From Alphaproteobacteria bacterium (lineage in GTDB: Bacteria; Pseudomonadota; Alphaproteobacteria; Caedimonadales; UBA9215), in contig JAACSN010000002.1 in the NCBI GenBank assembly GCA_009993885.1, positions 69,979 through 133,978 on the forward strand: a stretch of 64,000 bases of DNA, read 5' to 3'. Of the stretch, positions 17,688 through 28,026 are shown in pieces (position 1 is the stretch's first letter; each line of letters begins with the position of its first letter). A program made the translations under genes and the position numbers. The notes beneath the pieces were generated by a model. It had not been told where the DNA came from, searched no databases, and saw only the letters and a program-made list of their open reading frames with translations.

Positions 17688-17828
17688 CTACAAGCCTTTG
17701 ATTCGAACCATAGCCAGACCATAAAAAACCAGCACAAGAACAAACAAAAAAACCATGAAAGCAAAGTTTCTGGATTTTAAGTTTTTATTTTGAGGATCCT
17801 TAGTTTGAGACCTTTTATTATGAGACAT
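17688..17828 (-). CDS. Small (46 aa) single-TM protein between ctaB and ctaG
   Basis: This ORF is not in the track because it is under 60 aa. It reads MSHNKRSQTKDPQNKNLKSRNFAFMVFLFVLVLVFYGLAMVRIKGL. Its TAG stop abuts the GTG start of ctaG. Paracoccus has an unnamed small ORF at this position. Confidence 0.4.
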   Translation of the reverse strand: MSHNKRSQTKDPQNKNLKSRNFAFMVFLFVLVLVFYGLAMVRIKGL

Positions 17829-17848
17829 AATCGGATTTTCCTTATTGA

Positions 17849-18841
17849 TTATACAAATAAGACATCAAGGATCAAAAAAGTAAAGAGGGCAAAAAGATAA
17901 AAGATCGAATAGCCGAATAACTTCATGCTATGGGAAGGTTTATCGGACATAAAAAGTCTCACGGTCAAATAAAGATAGACGGCTCCTAAAATTGAAGCAG
18001 TACTTAAATAAAAGAAACTGAGGTTTTTCACCAATAACAGACTAAAACTAGATAAAACCAATAATACCGCATAAACCAGAATCCGGTATTTCGTATGTTT
18101 TATACCTGCCGTAACGGGAAGCATAGGCACCTTAGCCAATTTATAATCTTTGGAACGGTAAAGAGCCAACGCCCAGAAATGAGACGGCGTCCATAAAAAG
18201 ATAATAGAAAATAACAGCCAAGGCTCAAAAGCATTCATATCCCCTGTTGCAGCAACCCACCCTATAACGGGGGGAAAAGCACCTGCAGCGCCCCCTATTA
18301 CAATATTTTGAGAGGTATACCGCTTTAATAAAACCGTATAAATAAAGGCATAAAAGAAAATGGAAAACGCCAAAAGAGCCGCAGCCAAAGCATTTGTGGC
18401 CATAAAAAGAACCAAAACAGCTGTCGCAGACAATAAAATAGCAAACGAAAGAGCGTCATTGGGTGAAATCAACCCCTTTGGGATAGGGCGATTTTTTGTG
18501 CGTAACATCACGCTATCAATATCTCGATCATACCACATATTAAACGCTGCAGCACCGCCGGAGCCCATGGCAATCGCAAAGATCACAATGCAATTAAGAA
18601 ACGGATGTAAACTGCCGGGTGATAAAAAAAGGCCGATCGCTGCAGTATAAACCACAAGTAAAAGAACCCCCGGTTTTAAGAGAGTAATAAAATCCCTTGC
18701 CGTGGCTTCACGGGAGTCAAGCGCGAAAAGCTCTCCTTCTTTCCCCTGAGCATCTCCCTTATTTTCCCCTTTATCTTTAAGCGCAGTCACAGAAGAAGCA
18801 ACAAGAGAAGATGCCTTTTGAAAGGTAGCTGTTTTTGTCAT
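17849..18841 (-). CDS. ctaB: Protoheme IX farnesyltransferase (heme O synthase)
   Basis: UbiA-family polytopic protein with the motif NMWYDRDIDSVMLRTKNRPIP. It has an N-terminal extension of ~45 aa. Confidence 0.85.
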   Translation of the reverse strand: MTKTATFQKASSLVASSVTALKDKGENKGDAQGKEGELFALDSREATARDFITLLKPGVLLLVVYTAAIGLFLSPGSLHPFLNCIVIFAIAMGSGGAAAFNMWYDRDIDSVMLRTKNRPIPKGLISPNDALSFAILLSATAVLVLFMATNALAAALLAFSIFFYAFIYTVLLKRYTSQNIVIGGAAGAFPPVIGWVAATGDMNAFEPWLLFSIIFLWTPSHFWALALYRSKDYKLAKVPMLPVTAGIKHTKYRILVYAVLLVLSSFSLLLVKNLSFFYLSTASILGAVYLYLTVRLFMSDKPSHSMKLFGYSIFYLFALFTFLILDVLFV

Positions 18842-18963
18842 GATTTAATTAACGTCTTTCACTTTTAATCGTTCTCCCATCATAAGCAAAAGAGGATTTT
18901 TTTAGAACCCTCTCTTTTTTACCCTCCTAAAAAAAAGAGGCCTTGTTAGAAAGAAGAAAAATC

Positions 18964-20583
18964 CTAGTTAATTTTGGGCAATGTTTCAAAGGTATGAAAT
19001 GGTGCCGGTGAGGCTACAGTCCATTCAAGGGTTGTAGCACCTTCTCCCCACGGGTTGGCTCCAATTTTTTTACCCCGCGTGACGGTATGGATCGCCACAA
19101 AAATAAAGAATAAGGAAGCAATACCGCTTAAAAAACCACCAAGGCTTGAAATATAGTTCCAACCGGCAAATGCGTCAGGATAATCGGGAATACGACGCGG
19201 CATACCGGCCAGACCAAGAAAATGCATGGGGAAAAAGAGCATATTGACGCCGATAAAGGTTAAAACGAAATGAATACGTCCAAAAGTTTCGTTATACTGG
19301 CGACCTGACATTTTACCAATCCAATAATAAAATCCTGCAAACATTGCAAAGAGTGCTCCCATGGACAATACATAGTGAAAATGCCCCACCACATAGTAGG
19401 TATCATGGAGAGTAATATTCACCCCTCCGTTAGCCAATACAATGCCTGTCAACCCCCCCAAAGTGAAAAGGAAAATAAAACCGATAGCAAAAAGCATAGG
19501 CGTTTTAAAACGAATAGAACCTCCCCACATCGTTGCAATCCAACTGAAAACCTTAATACCTGTGGGCACACCGATAATAAGGGTAGCTGCTGTAAAATAA
19601 GAATTGGTATCGGCACTCATCCCGACGGTGAACATATGGTGAGCCCACACAATAAAACCAAGAAATCCTATACCGACCATGGCATAGGCCATACCGAGAT
19701 ATCCGAAAATCGGTTTTTTAGAAAACGTTGAGATCACATGGCTGATAATACCAAAACCGGGTAAAATCATAATGTAAACTTCAGGATGGCCAAAAAACCA
19801 AAATAAGTGCTGAAACAAAACAGGGTCTCCCCCGCCGGCAGGATCAAAAAAAGTTGTGGCAAAATTACGATCCGTAATCAACATAGTAATACCGCCGGCC
19901 AACACAGGAACCGACAGCAAAAGCAAAAAGGCGGTGACAAGAAGAGCCCAAGCAAACAAAGGCATTTTATGCATTGTCATACCGGGGGCTCGCATATTAA
20001 AAATGGTCACAATAAAGTTAATGGCTCCTAAAATCGAGGATAAACCCGCAATATGTAAACCGAACAAGGCAAAGTCCACTGCCATATCTCCGTGCCCTAA
20101 AAGACCGCTAAGGGGCGGGTAGGCCGTCCATCCGACACCGGCGCCGGCTCCAATAGCCGTGGAAAGACTTAGCATAATCAAAGACGGAATAAGCAACCAA
20201 AAACTAATATTATTCATACGCGGGAAAGCCATATCCGGCGCCCCAATCATCAGCGGAACCATCCAATTCCCAAATCCCCCGATAATCCCGGGCATGACTA
20301 CAAAAAAGACCATGATTAAGCCATGGGCTGTAATCACAACGTTGTAAAATTGTTTTAAATCATCGGTTCCCGCAAGAAGGGCTGTACCCGGCTCCATTAA
20401 TTGTGCCCGAATCAGCATAGAAAAACCACCGCCCACAATGGCGGCAACAATGGAAAAAATGATATACATTGTTCCGATATCTTTATGGTTCGTCGATAAA
20501 ACCCAGCGCCTCCACCCTGTCGGGGTATGATGATCATCATGGCCTTTGGCACTCTTAGCTGTTGCCGTATGAAGGTTTGACAT
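18964..20583 (-). CDS. ctaD: Cytochrome c oxidase subunit I
   Basis: Highly conserved motifs are present: [30 protein letters not shown]. Confidence 0.95.
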   Translation of the reverse strand: MSNLHTATAKSAKGHDDHHTPTGWRRWVLSTNHKDIGTMYIIFSIVAAIVGGGFSMLIRAQLMEPGTALLAGTDDLKQFYNVVITAHGLIMVFFVVMPGIIGGFGNWMVPLMIGAPDMAFPRMNNISFWLLIPSLIMLSLSTAIGAGAGVGWTAYPPLSGLLGHGDMAVDFALFGLHIAGLSSILGAINFIVTIFNMRAPGMTMHKMPLFAWALLVTAFLLLLSVPVLAGGITMLITDRNFATTFFDPAGGGDPVLFQHLFWFFGHPEVYIMILPGFGIISHVISTFSKKPIFGYLGMAYAMVGIGFLGFIVWAHHMFTVGMSADTNSYFTAATLIIGVPTGIKVFSWIATMWGGSIRFKTPMLFAIGFIFLFTLGGLTGIVLANGGVNITLHDTYYVVGHFHYVLSMGALFAMFAGFYYWIGKMSGRQYNETFGRIHFVLTFIGVNMLFFPMHFLGLAGMPRRIPDYPDAFAGWNYISSLGGFLSGIASLFFIFVAIHTVTRGKKIGANPWGEGATTLEWTVASPAPFHTFETLPKIN

Positions 20584-20662
20584 TATTATTCCTTTTTAAA
20601 CAATATAATATATTTCTACGCTGCTCTCCGGGGAAGGCAATCTGCTTCTTTCATAGAAAGCT

Positions 20663-21562
20663 TTATAGGGTTGAGGTCATAGCGGGCTCTTTGTCCGCTT
20701 TACCCACACTTTTTTTCGCTTCAATCGGAGCAACAAGGGCGGGCGTCACAACACCTGCAGGCTCAACCGCGGTCTCGCTCCCCGGCAAAGAACCGCCCTC
20801 ACCCTTTACCCAAGCTTCAAACTCTTCTTTAGGAACAGCCCGCACAGCAATGGACATATAACCGTGATCCTTACCGCAAAGCTCCGAACACTGCCCGTAA
20901 TAAATACCGGGCTTCGTAATGCGAACCCATGTTTCTCGCAAACGCCCCGGGATTGTATCTTGCTTAATACCAAAAGAAGGCACGGCCCAACTGTGAAGCA
21001 CATCAACGGATGTTCCAAGGATACGCACGTTTGTATCAACTGGTAAAACCACTTGCTTATCAACATCAAGATTTCTTATTTGTCCCTCTTTAAGTTGATC
21101 TTTGTTAAGCATAAAAGAATCAAATGAAATATTATGATCGGGGTATTCGTATTCCCAATACCACTGGTGTCCGATAACCTTAAGGGTCATATCTGCTTTT
21201 TCTGCCTTATCCATAAAGTAGATCAATTTAACGGACGGAAAAGCGATACTTGCGACAATGACAACTGGGACAAGGGTCCACAAAATTTCAAGAGGCACAT
21301 TATGAGTTCGCGTTGAAGGTGTCGGATTTTTCTTTTCCCGGAAGCGAAAAAGGGTAATAGCCAACATTACCGTTACAAAGATCAAGATCGGTGTGATGAT
21401 CCACATCAACATAATGTGCATTTCATTAACACGTTCCATCACAGGGCTCGCGGCTTCTTGATACCACATCTGCCAGTCCTTCGGGATACCGTCCGCATAA
21501 GCAAAAGGGATCATCATAATGGAAAAAAGAAAGATTTTTATTGTTCTTAAGATGCTCATCAA
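20663..21562 (-). CDS. ctaC: Cytochrome c oxidase subunit II
   Basis: Has two N-terminal TM helices and the CuA site HSWAVP...CSELCGKDHGYM. A low-complexity C-terminal tail of ~45 aa follows. Confidence 0.9.
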   Translation of the reverse strand: MMSILRTIKIFLFSIMMIPFAYADGIPKDWQMWYQEAASPVMERVNEMHIMLMWIITPILIFVTVMLAITLFRFREKKNPTPSTRTHNVPLEILWTLVPVVIVASIAFPSVKLIYFMDKAEKADMTLKVIGHQWYWEYEYPDHNISFDSFMLNKDQLKEGQIRNLDVDKQVVLPVDTNVRILGTSVDVLHSWAVPSFGIKQDTIPGRLRETWVRITKPGIYYGQCSELCGKDHGYMSIAVRAVPKEEFEAWVKGEGGSLPGSETAVEPAGVVTPALVAPIEAKKSVGKADKEPAMTSTL

Positions 21563-21735
21563 AGGGTCTCAAATTATAGCTTTTAACAACATTTTAGCTG
21601 TTTTCCGACTTTCTTCAAGGGTTCATATAAATTTAATTCACTTTTTACACAACTTTAAGAGGCAGTCTACGATTTATCTTGACCTCAAGCTTCTTTTCTT
21701 TAACGCTATAGTTAAGATAACAGGGAGGTTCTCAT

Positions 21736-23145
21736 ATGATTAAAGCACTATCTAAAACGCTATTTATTACTTTTTTTCTCTTTAATTTCATCAAAATCAA
21801 CCCTCTTTATGCAAGCTCAGAAGAAAAATTAGACAAAAAAACAGTTCCTTTTCATTTTAAACTGGGCGCCGGTGATCCTACGGTAGCAAACGATAACGGC
21901 ACTGAAGCCAATTTATTCATGTTTAATATACCCTGCGTGGTGTCTCCGGATACGTCAAAGTGGTTCCCTTTAGGGTTCGATACGACGCGTACTGTAAAAC
22001 ACCATATGGGTGCTCTTCCAAGCCTGTCTCTCAACCCGACTACGAATATTTTTTTAGAGCACCTCCAATTGGCTTTCTTACCGCAAATTAAAAAGGGAGG
22101 AAGACTCTCACAAGAAGAAACCATTTTCTCTAAAACCTTTAATAGGCTCATGCCAAATGATCCGACAGGTCATGTCGGATGTCACTTTTATATGCCGGAA
22201 GAAATAGCAGAGGGCGCCGGAATCGTCTTACTTTTACCCGGCAGTAAAGGCGCACGGTTTTCTGAAATTGATCGTGCATTAGCCTATGCAAGGCAAGGGA
22301 TACCCTGCCTCATTCCTGACTTTATCTCAACAGCCAAAACAAATAAAACACTCCGCGGGAACTCTACTATTCAAAATCAGCTTGCGGTCAGTTTTTTTGG
22401 AAACGCCCTAAGTATCCTTTTGCTCCATCATGTTCTCCAAGACTGGGATGCTATCGACCCGACAAAAATTGTTTGGGACTGTGAATCTATCGGTGCAACC
22501 CAAGCGCTTCTTGCTCTTTCCCCGGAAGTTATCGCCAAATTCGAAGAAGATTTTATTCCCCCTACCTTTATAGCCCTGAATGATTTTGCCCCTGTTTTAA
22601 TAACAAGCGGCATACAAGACTCTCCTTTTTGGACTATTCCTAAAACGATTTGGGGCGGGACGGCAGACGAATTTACGCCTCTTTCACAGATTGAAGACTT
22701 TTTAAGTCGTGGTCCTGAGATACAAGCAACAACCCTTATAAAACATGACGGTTACCATGATGCACGCTCCCTTGATGAGGATACACTCCATCAAGAAGGC
22801 GGCACCTATGAGCTTAAAGATGCAACGAATTATACGGGACTTTGTGCTTATATGACACCCTCTGTAGACGAGGTCAGAAAAACCGTTGAGGGCCTCGACA
22901 TTGGCGCAGAGGAAGGGGAGATTATGGGCGCACTTGAAATCCCTTTTAATAACTCCAGGCTCCATTTAGAATTAGAAAATGTCGACCTTGCCCCTCAAGA
23001 AGTAGCGCGTCGTGTTACTCAATTACCGAAGGGGGCAATTTTCGGCCCTACATCAAAGGAAAAAGCTGATGAATTGCGAAGTGAGGTCATAGCTGCTGTT
23101 CTGAAATACGCCAAGCCTTCTCTTGAAGACGCAATAGACTTTTAA
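21736..23145 (+). CDS. Hypothetical secreted protein (469 aa)
   Basis: Has a GGAGG RBS and an N-terminal signal peptide (LFITFFLFNFIKINPLYASS). I recognise no motif securely, and a possible hydrolase-like core is only a guess. Confidence 0.5.
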   Translation: MIKALSKTLFITFFLFNFIKINPLYASSEEKLDKKTVPFHFKLGAGDPTVANDNGTEANLFMFNIPCVVSPDTSKWFPLGFDTTRTVKHHMGALPSLSLNPTTNIFLEHLQLAFLPQIKKGGRLSQEETIFSKTFNRLMPNDPTGHVGCHFYMPEEIAEGAGIVLLLPGSKGARFSEIDRALAYARQGIPCLIPDFISTAKTNKTLRGNSTIQNQLAVSFFGNALSILLLHHVLQDWDAIDPTKIVWDCESIGATQALLALSPEVIAKFEEDFIPPTFIALNDFAPVLITSGIQDSPFWTIPKTIWGGTADEFTPLSQIEDFLSRGPEIQATTLIKHDGYHDARSLDEDTLHQEGGTYELKDATNYTGLCAYMTPSVDEVRKTVEGLDIGAEEGEIMGALEIPFNNSRLHLELENVDLAPQEVARRVTQLPKGAIFGPTSKEKADELRSEVIAAVLKYAKPSLEDAIDF

Positions 23146-23163
23146 GCTTTCAGAAGTTAAAAA

Positions 23164-23187
23164 AGCCTCCCTTTTTTAGGGGGGGGC
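23164..23187. terminator. GC-rich hairpin between convergent genes
   Basis: AGCCTCCC TTTTTTA GGGGGGGCT forms an imperfect stem, flanked by an A-run on the left. Confidence 0.4.
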
Positions 23188-23215
23188 TCTATAAAACACT
23201 TCCCGATTCTTTAGC

Positions 23216-24568
23216 TTAGTGGGCTGACTCTTTCTTAGCTAAGTAATGTTCTAACCAATGAATATCATATTCGCCGTTAATCACATCAGGATTCTTAGCT
23301 AAATCTTGGTGCAGGGGAATAATCGTTTGAATACCGTCAATAACAAATTCTTCCAAAGCGCGGCGCAATCGACGCAAGCACTCTGCCCGATCAGTGCCTA
23401 GGACAATTAACTTAGCAACAAGGCTATCATAATGAGGCGGCACACGATATCCGCCATAAAGAGCACTATCAACACGCACACGCAAACCACCCGGAGGATG
23501 GTAAGCTATAACCGTTCCGGGGCTGGGTGCAAAGGTCTGCGGATGCTCGGCATTAATACGACATTCAATGGCATGGCCGCAAAAATGAACCTCTTTTTGA
23601 GTGAGGCGAAGTTTCTCACCGGCGGCAATACGAATTTGCTCTTGAACGATATCAACGCCCGTAATCATTTCCGTTACGGGATGTTCAACTTGAACACGCG
23701 TATTCATTTCAATAAAAAAGAACTCTCCTTTTTCATACAAAAACTCAAAGGTCCCGGCGCCTCGATAGCCGAATTTCTTACATGCATTTGCACAAAGCTC
23801 ACCCAAGGTTTTACGTTGTTTTTCAGAAATAGCGGGACTGGGAGCCTCTTCCCATACTTTCTGGTGGCGACGTTGCAAAGAACAATCCCGTTCACCAAGG
23901 TGAATGGCATTTCCATGCTCGTCGGACAAAACTTGAACCTCAATATGGCGAGGTGTTTCTAAGAACTTTTCAATGAAAACTTCATCATTACCGAAGTTTG
24001 CTTTCGCTTCGGTTTTTGCAATGGTAATGGCTTGACGCAAATTCTTCGGATCTCTCACAATTTGCATACCCTTACCGCCGCCACCGCCGGAAGCTTTCAC
24101 AATGACAGGGTAACCGATAGTCTCGCAAATTTTATCCACATCGTCTTGAGGCGTCACGCCCCCGGAAGACCCCGGAACAACGGGAATACCAAGGTGCACC
24201 ATGGCTTCTTTTGCTAAAATTTTATCTCCCATAACCCGAATATGTTCCGGCTTTGGCCCGATAAAAATAAAACCGTGTTCTTCAACCATGGCTGCGAACT
24301 CGGCGTTCTCGGATAGAAAACCGTACCCCGGGTGCACGGCATCAGCCCCTGTTACCGTCGCTGCAGACAAAATAGCATGCATATTCAAATAGCTGTCCTT
24401 TGAGGAAGGCGGCCCGATACAAACACTTTCATCGGCCAACCGCACATACATCGCGTCAGTATCGGCCGTTGAATGGATAGCAACGGTTTTAACACCCATT
24501 TCATGACAAGCACGATGGATACGAAGGGCAATTTCACCCCGATTAGCAATGAGGACTTTTTTTATCAT
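23216..24568 (-). CDS. accC: Acetyl-CoA carboxylase biotin carboxylase subunit
   Basis: [24 protein letters not shown] and [15 protein letters not shown] chose the start at the MIKK Met; the track ORF begins 5 codons earlier. Confidence 0.95.
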   Translation of the reverse strand: MIKKVLIANRGEIALRIHRACHEMGVKTVAIHSTADTDAMYVRLADESVCIGPPSSKDSYLNMHAILSAATVTGADAVHPGYGFLSENAEFAAMVEEHGFIFIGPKPEHIRVMGDKILAKEAMVHLGIPVVPGSSGGVTPQDDVDKICETIGYPVIVKASGGGGGKGMQIVRDPKNLRQAITIAKTEAKANFGNDEVFIEKFLETPRHIEVQVLSDEHGNAIHLGERDCSLQRRHQKVWEEAPSPAISEKQRKTLGELCANACKKFGYRGAGTFEFLYEKGEFFFIEMNTRVQVEHPVTEMITGVDIVQEQIRIAAGEKLRLTQKEVHFCGHAIECRINAEHPQTFAPSPGTVIAYHPPGGLRVRVDSALYGGYRVPPHYDSLVAKLIVLGTDRAECLRRLRRALEEFVIDGIQTIIPLHQDLAKNPDVINGEYDIHWLEHYLAKKESAH

Positions 24569-24641
24569 GGTCTTATCTCTCAAGCCCTAGAAACAGAAAA
24601 GTAAGCCCGAAAGGCTAAACTTCCTATTCTAGGCAAACAGT

Positions 24642-25118
24642 TTATTCAATAATAAGAAGCACTTGGTCAAATTCAACCGGGTCGGCGTCTTGCAACAAAA
24701 TCTGTTTCACAACGCCGTTTTTATGAGCCTTGATTTGATTCATCACTTTCATCGCTTCGATAATCAAAACACTATCACCCGCCTTAACCGCGTCTCCGAT
24801 CTTAACAAAAGGATCAGCACCCGGAGCAGCCGACAAATAAGCATTACCGACCATAGGAGACTTCAAAGCACCGGGATGGTTTGATAAATCTATCGGGCCC
24901 GTCTCTTCTGCTACGGTAGGAATCGGCGTAACTGCGGAAGGAGCTGCTAAAGCCAACGGCGCTGCAGAAGCCTGCATGGTTTGCATAGTGATTTGGCGAG
25001 CAACGCGAATGCGACACTCTCCTTTTTCATATTCAATTTCCGTTAGGTCTGTTTCGTTAAGAATTTTAGCGAGTTCACGCACAACATCTTCATTAATGGA
25101 AGGGTCATCTTTTGACAT
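24642..25118 (-). CDS. accB: Biotin carboxyl carrier protein
   Basis: Has the biotinylation motif IIEAMKVMNQI, an Ala/Pro linker and an accB-accC arrangement. I chose the start at MSKDD (25116-25118). The track's 38-codon extension would overlap the MFS gene. Confidence 0.9.
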   Translation of the reverse strand: MSKDDPSINEDVVRELAKILNETDLTEIEYEKGECRIRVARQITMQTMQASAAPLALAAPSAVTPIPTVAEETGPIDLSNHPGALKSPMVGNAYLSAAPGADPFVKIGDAVKAGDSVLIIEAMKVMNQIKAHKNGVVKQILLQDADPVEFDQVLLIIE

Positions 25119-25165
25119 AGGGTGTCTACCTTTTCTTAAATAATGATGTAGTTTTATACCAAATT

Positions 25166-26464
25166 CTAAACGGTTGCAACAGTCCCTTGAGGAAGGCCTG
25201 TCGAGGTGCCGCCACTTAAAGGTCCCGGGCATTTTTCAGCCTTTGATTTTTTACCGGCATGGCGAATAACTTCATTACGAATAACCAAAGCAATCAAGGC
25301 AAGGCTAGAAGCAGACAGACCGAATATAAAGGCATAATTTAAAGACATATCCGCAAAGTGCCCCGCCATGAATCCGGCAAAAACAGCAATGACACCTGAC
25401 AAGAGGTAATAGAGTCCGAGAGCTGTACCGATAATTTTTTCAGGCACTTCATCCGCGATGATTGCCGCAAAAAGAAGCTGGGATGTTCCCCGTTGCGCCC
25501 CCCAAAAAACAACCCCGACGAGAGCAAGGAAAAGCCCCCCTTCAAAGATGAAGCAAATGTTTGCAACAACAAGAGCAATAAAAGAAAAGTACAACATACG
25601 AGAACGATCAATGCGATCCGAGAGCCTTCCAATTGGCAAACAAGCAAAGGCAGATATTAAGTTAAAAAGGCCTATGGTCGACATGTAAAGCCACTTAGGC
25701 GCACCTAATTCTTGCATGCGAAGAATCAAAAAACCGTCACTAAAACGCGCTGCCATAAAGATCGTTGCGATCACAACAAGACTCCAATAACGGGCTTTTA
25801 ATCCTTTAAAGTCGCTCTTTTTTAAACCGCGCCTTTTTTGCTCAGGATGGGCTTCCATTTTCTCTACACGCTTTTCTTTCATATAATAAAGCAACACAAC
25901 CAAAGAAAGGAAGCACGGTACAAAACCGATCCATAACAAGAAACGATAGTCATCGGTAAAAATAATCAACCCGCCGATAATGAAAGAGCCGAGAGCACAC
26001 CCAAAAGTTTTAAGAGACATCATTAGACCCAAGGAGGAACCGCGCTTTGCAGCTGTCACTTCTTCGGCACAATAAGCATCCCGAGGTGTTGCCATAATAC
26101 CGTTGGCAATACGCTCAATAACCTTTGATACCATGATCATTCCGGCACCACCTGCCAGGATAAAAATGGGTTTTGAAATTGTGGCCATAGCCACTCCGAT
26201 AACTAGGGGCGGCTTTTTACGCCTAAAAAAATCTCCGGCAAATCCGGAGGCTAACTTGGCAAAAAAGGAGAGACCCTCCGAAACACCCTCCATAATACCG
26301 AGGGATATAAAACTAAGGCCTAAAACTTGTGTAATATAAAAAGGAGAAATTGAAAAAACCATTGTGGTGGAAATAGCAATCAACATCATCGAGATACTAA
26401 CTGCCCAAACTCCCTTCGGGAGACTCTTTGCCGTTTGAAAGAGATTTGTCGAATTCGAGGCCAT
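25166..26464 (-). CDS. MFS transporter
   Basis: Has ~12 TM segments and an MFS-like loop motif, GRLSDRIDRSRM. Confidence 0.8.
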   Translation of the reverse strand: MASNSTNLFQTAKSLPKGVWAVSISMMLIAISTTMVFSISPFYITQVLGLSFISLGIMEGVSEGLSFFAKLASGFAGDFFRRKKPPLVIGVAMATISKPIFILAGGAGMIMVSKVIERIANGIMATPRDAYCAEEVTAAKRGSSLGLMMSLKTFGCALGSFIIGGLIIFTDDYRFLLWIGFVPCFLSLVVLLYYMKEKRVEKMEAHPEQKRRGLKKSDFKGLKARYWSLVVIATIFMAARFSDGFLILRMQELGAPKWLYMSTIGLFNLISAFACLPIGRLSDRIDRSRMLYFSFIALVVANICFIFEGGLFLALVGVVFWGAQRGTSQLLFAAIIADEVPEKIIGTALGLYYLLSGVIAVFAGFMAGHFADMSLNYAFIFGLSASSLALIALVIRNEVIRHAGKKSKAEKCPGPLSGGTSTGLPQGTVATV

Positions 26465-26671
26465 GTAATAGGTTCCTTAGCCAGTTTCGTCTTCATCATA
26501 GCGGGTCTTCTCACCATCGAAAAGACTCTATTACTTATGTAGGGATAACCCGTACAAAAAACAAGCTTTTTTTTTGCACATCTTTTGTGTTATATATAAA
26601 GTTTCCTACACGGAAAACCCTCTAATTTTCCGAAAAATATGCCCTTCTGAGATGTCTCAAAATAAGATACA

Positions 26672-27247
26672 ATGGCTTACATTCCACAAGAGAATAAGCA
26701 TATGTTTTTATCCGACATAAAAATTAGAGACCTCTTAGAAAAAGGGGATCTTTTCATCACTCCTAAACCCGCTGAAAAAGACATCCGCCCGAATGCAATT
26801 CGAGTACATCTTTGCCATACGCTCATTAAATACGACGATCAAACGGTTGACCCCGGCAAAGATATCGAAATTAAGCACTCAACCATTGATTTAACCCGTC
26901 AACCGTACACCCTCAAACCGGGAGAGTTCATCTTAGGCTCGACAATAGAAAGCATCAAAACGCCTCGCAATCTTTGCGGGTTTTTAGACGGCCGAAGTAC
27001 CCTGGCTCGCCTCGGCTTAAATATTCACATCACAGCCGCGGTCACCGACGGACTTTACGAAGACGCCCGAACCATCACCTTAGAAATTCAAAACGCGGGC
27101 AATATGCACCTTGTGCTCTCTCACAAGATGGCCATTGGCTCTTTGCTTTTTGCAGAACTGGACCAGCCCGTCGGCCAAAGCACCCACGGACGGTATAAAG
27201 GACAAAAAGGTGCAACCGTCGCTAATTTGAAAGATCAGTTGACTTAG
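26672..27247 (+). CDS. dcd: dCTP deaminase
   Basis: GFLDGRSTLARLGL and LEIQNAGN are motifs typical of Dcd/dUTPase-fold enzymes. An alternative start is at 26702. Confidence 0.85.
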   Translation: MAYIPQENKHMFLSDIKIRDLLEKGDLFITPKPAEKDIRPNAIRVHLCHTLIKYDDQTVDPGKDIEIKHSTIDLTRQPYTLKPGEFILGSTIESIKTPRNLCGFLDGRSTLARLGLNIHITAAVTDGLYEDARTITLEIQNAGNMHLVLSHKMAIGSLLFAELDQPVGQSTHGRYKGQKGATVANLKDQLT

Positions 27248-27293
27248 AAATAGAAATTCATAGAAACTTATAAAAAAAAACAGGGAAAAAATT

Positions 27294-28019
27294 ATGTTTT
27301 ATAAAGTTATTTTCGCAATCACTCTTGTTATCTCTCTTATATCCGACGCCTCACTCAATGCTTCTTCTAGCGTGCAGCCTGAGGATGAAGTCCTCTATAA
27401 AAAAGCCGTAAATCTTAGACAGCTGGGAAATCTTACGGATGCTAAAGAAATTTTCAATGGCCTCCTCTTTTCTAATGCTCCGGAGCTTGTGAGGAAATCA
27501 ATGCACAATCTAGGCACAATATCCTATAGGCAGGAACTTTATGAAGAAGCGGCCTGTTGGTTTTCAAGTGCATCACAATTTTCCTTAGAAAAATTAAAAG
27601 AAACATTCCAACCCTCTCTTAATAATCTCGATACTCTCAGGAAATTGGGTTTGATCTCCAAAGAAGTAACTTTTATCGGCTCTGATTCCTGTTCTATTCG
27701 TTGGAATTGGTCGAGACAGTTTCTTTTAAAAAACGGTAACACCCTAAATCATAGGTGCAATAGAATTGAAATAACCGAAGGTTACGGAGATATCCCAAAA
27801 AACCAAAAGCTACCTACTTTTATAATAACGGAAGATATTATTTCTTTACCCGGCTCGGTTTTGGCCGGCATTCAATTAAAAACTCTCCTTGTCTTATCTT
27901 ACAACATGACAGAAGAAAACTTCGAATTAGCTTTACGGGAAGCAGGACTTTATGCAGGGGAAAATCACTCGACCATGCTTGCCCATATTACCAAATTTAG
28001 CTACGAACTCGGTCTTTGA
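27294..28019 (+). CDS. Hypothetical secreted protein with a TPR/Sel1-like N-terminal region
   Basis: Has a signal peptide (VISLISDASLNASS) and TPR-like helices (YKKAVNLRQLGNLTDAKEIF...EEAACWF). Confidence 0.5.
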   Translation: MFYKVIFAITLVISLISDASLNASSSVQPEDEVLYKKAVNLRQLGNLTDAKEIFNGLLFSNAPELVRKSMHNLGTISYRQELYEEAACWFSSASQFSLEKLKETFQPSLNNLDTLRKLGLISKEVTFIGSDSCSIRWNWSRQFLLKNGNTLNHRCNRIEITEGYGDIPKNQKLPTFIITEDIISLPGSVLAGIQLKTLLVLSYNMTEENFELALREAGLYAGENHSTMLAHITKFSYELGL

Positions 28020-28026
28020 AAAATGC

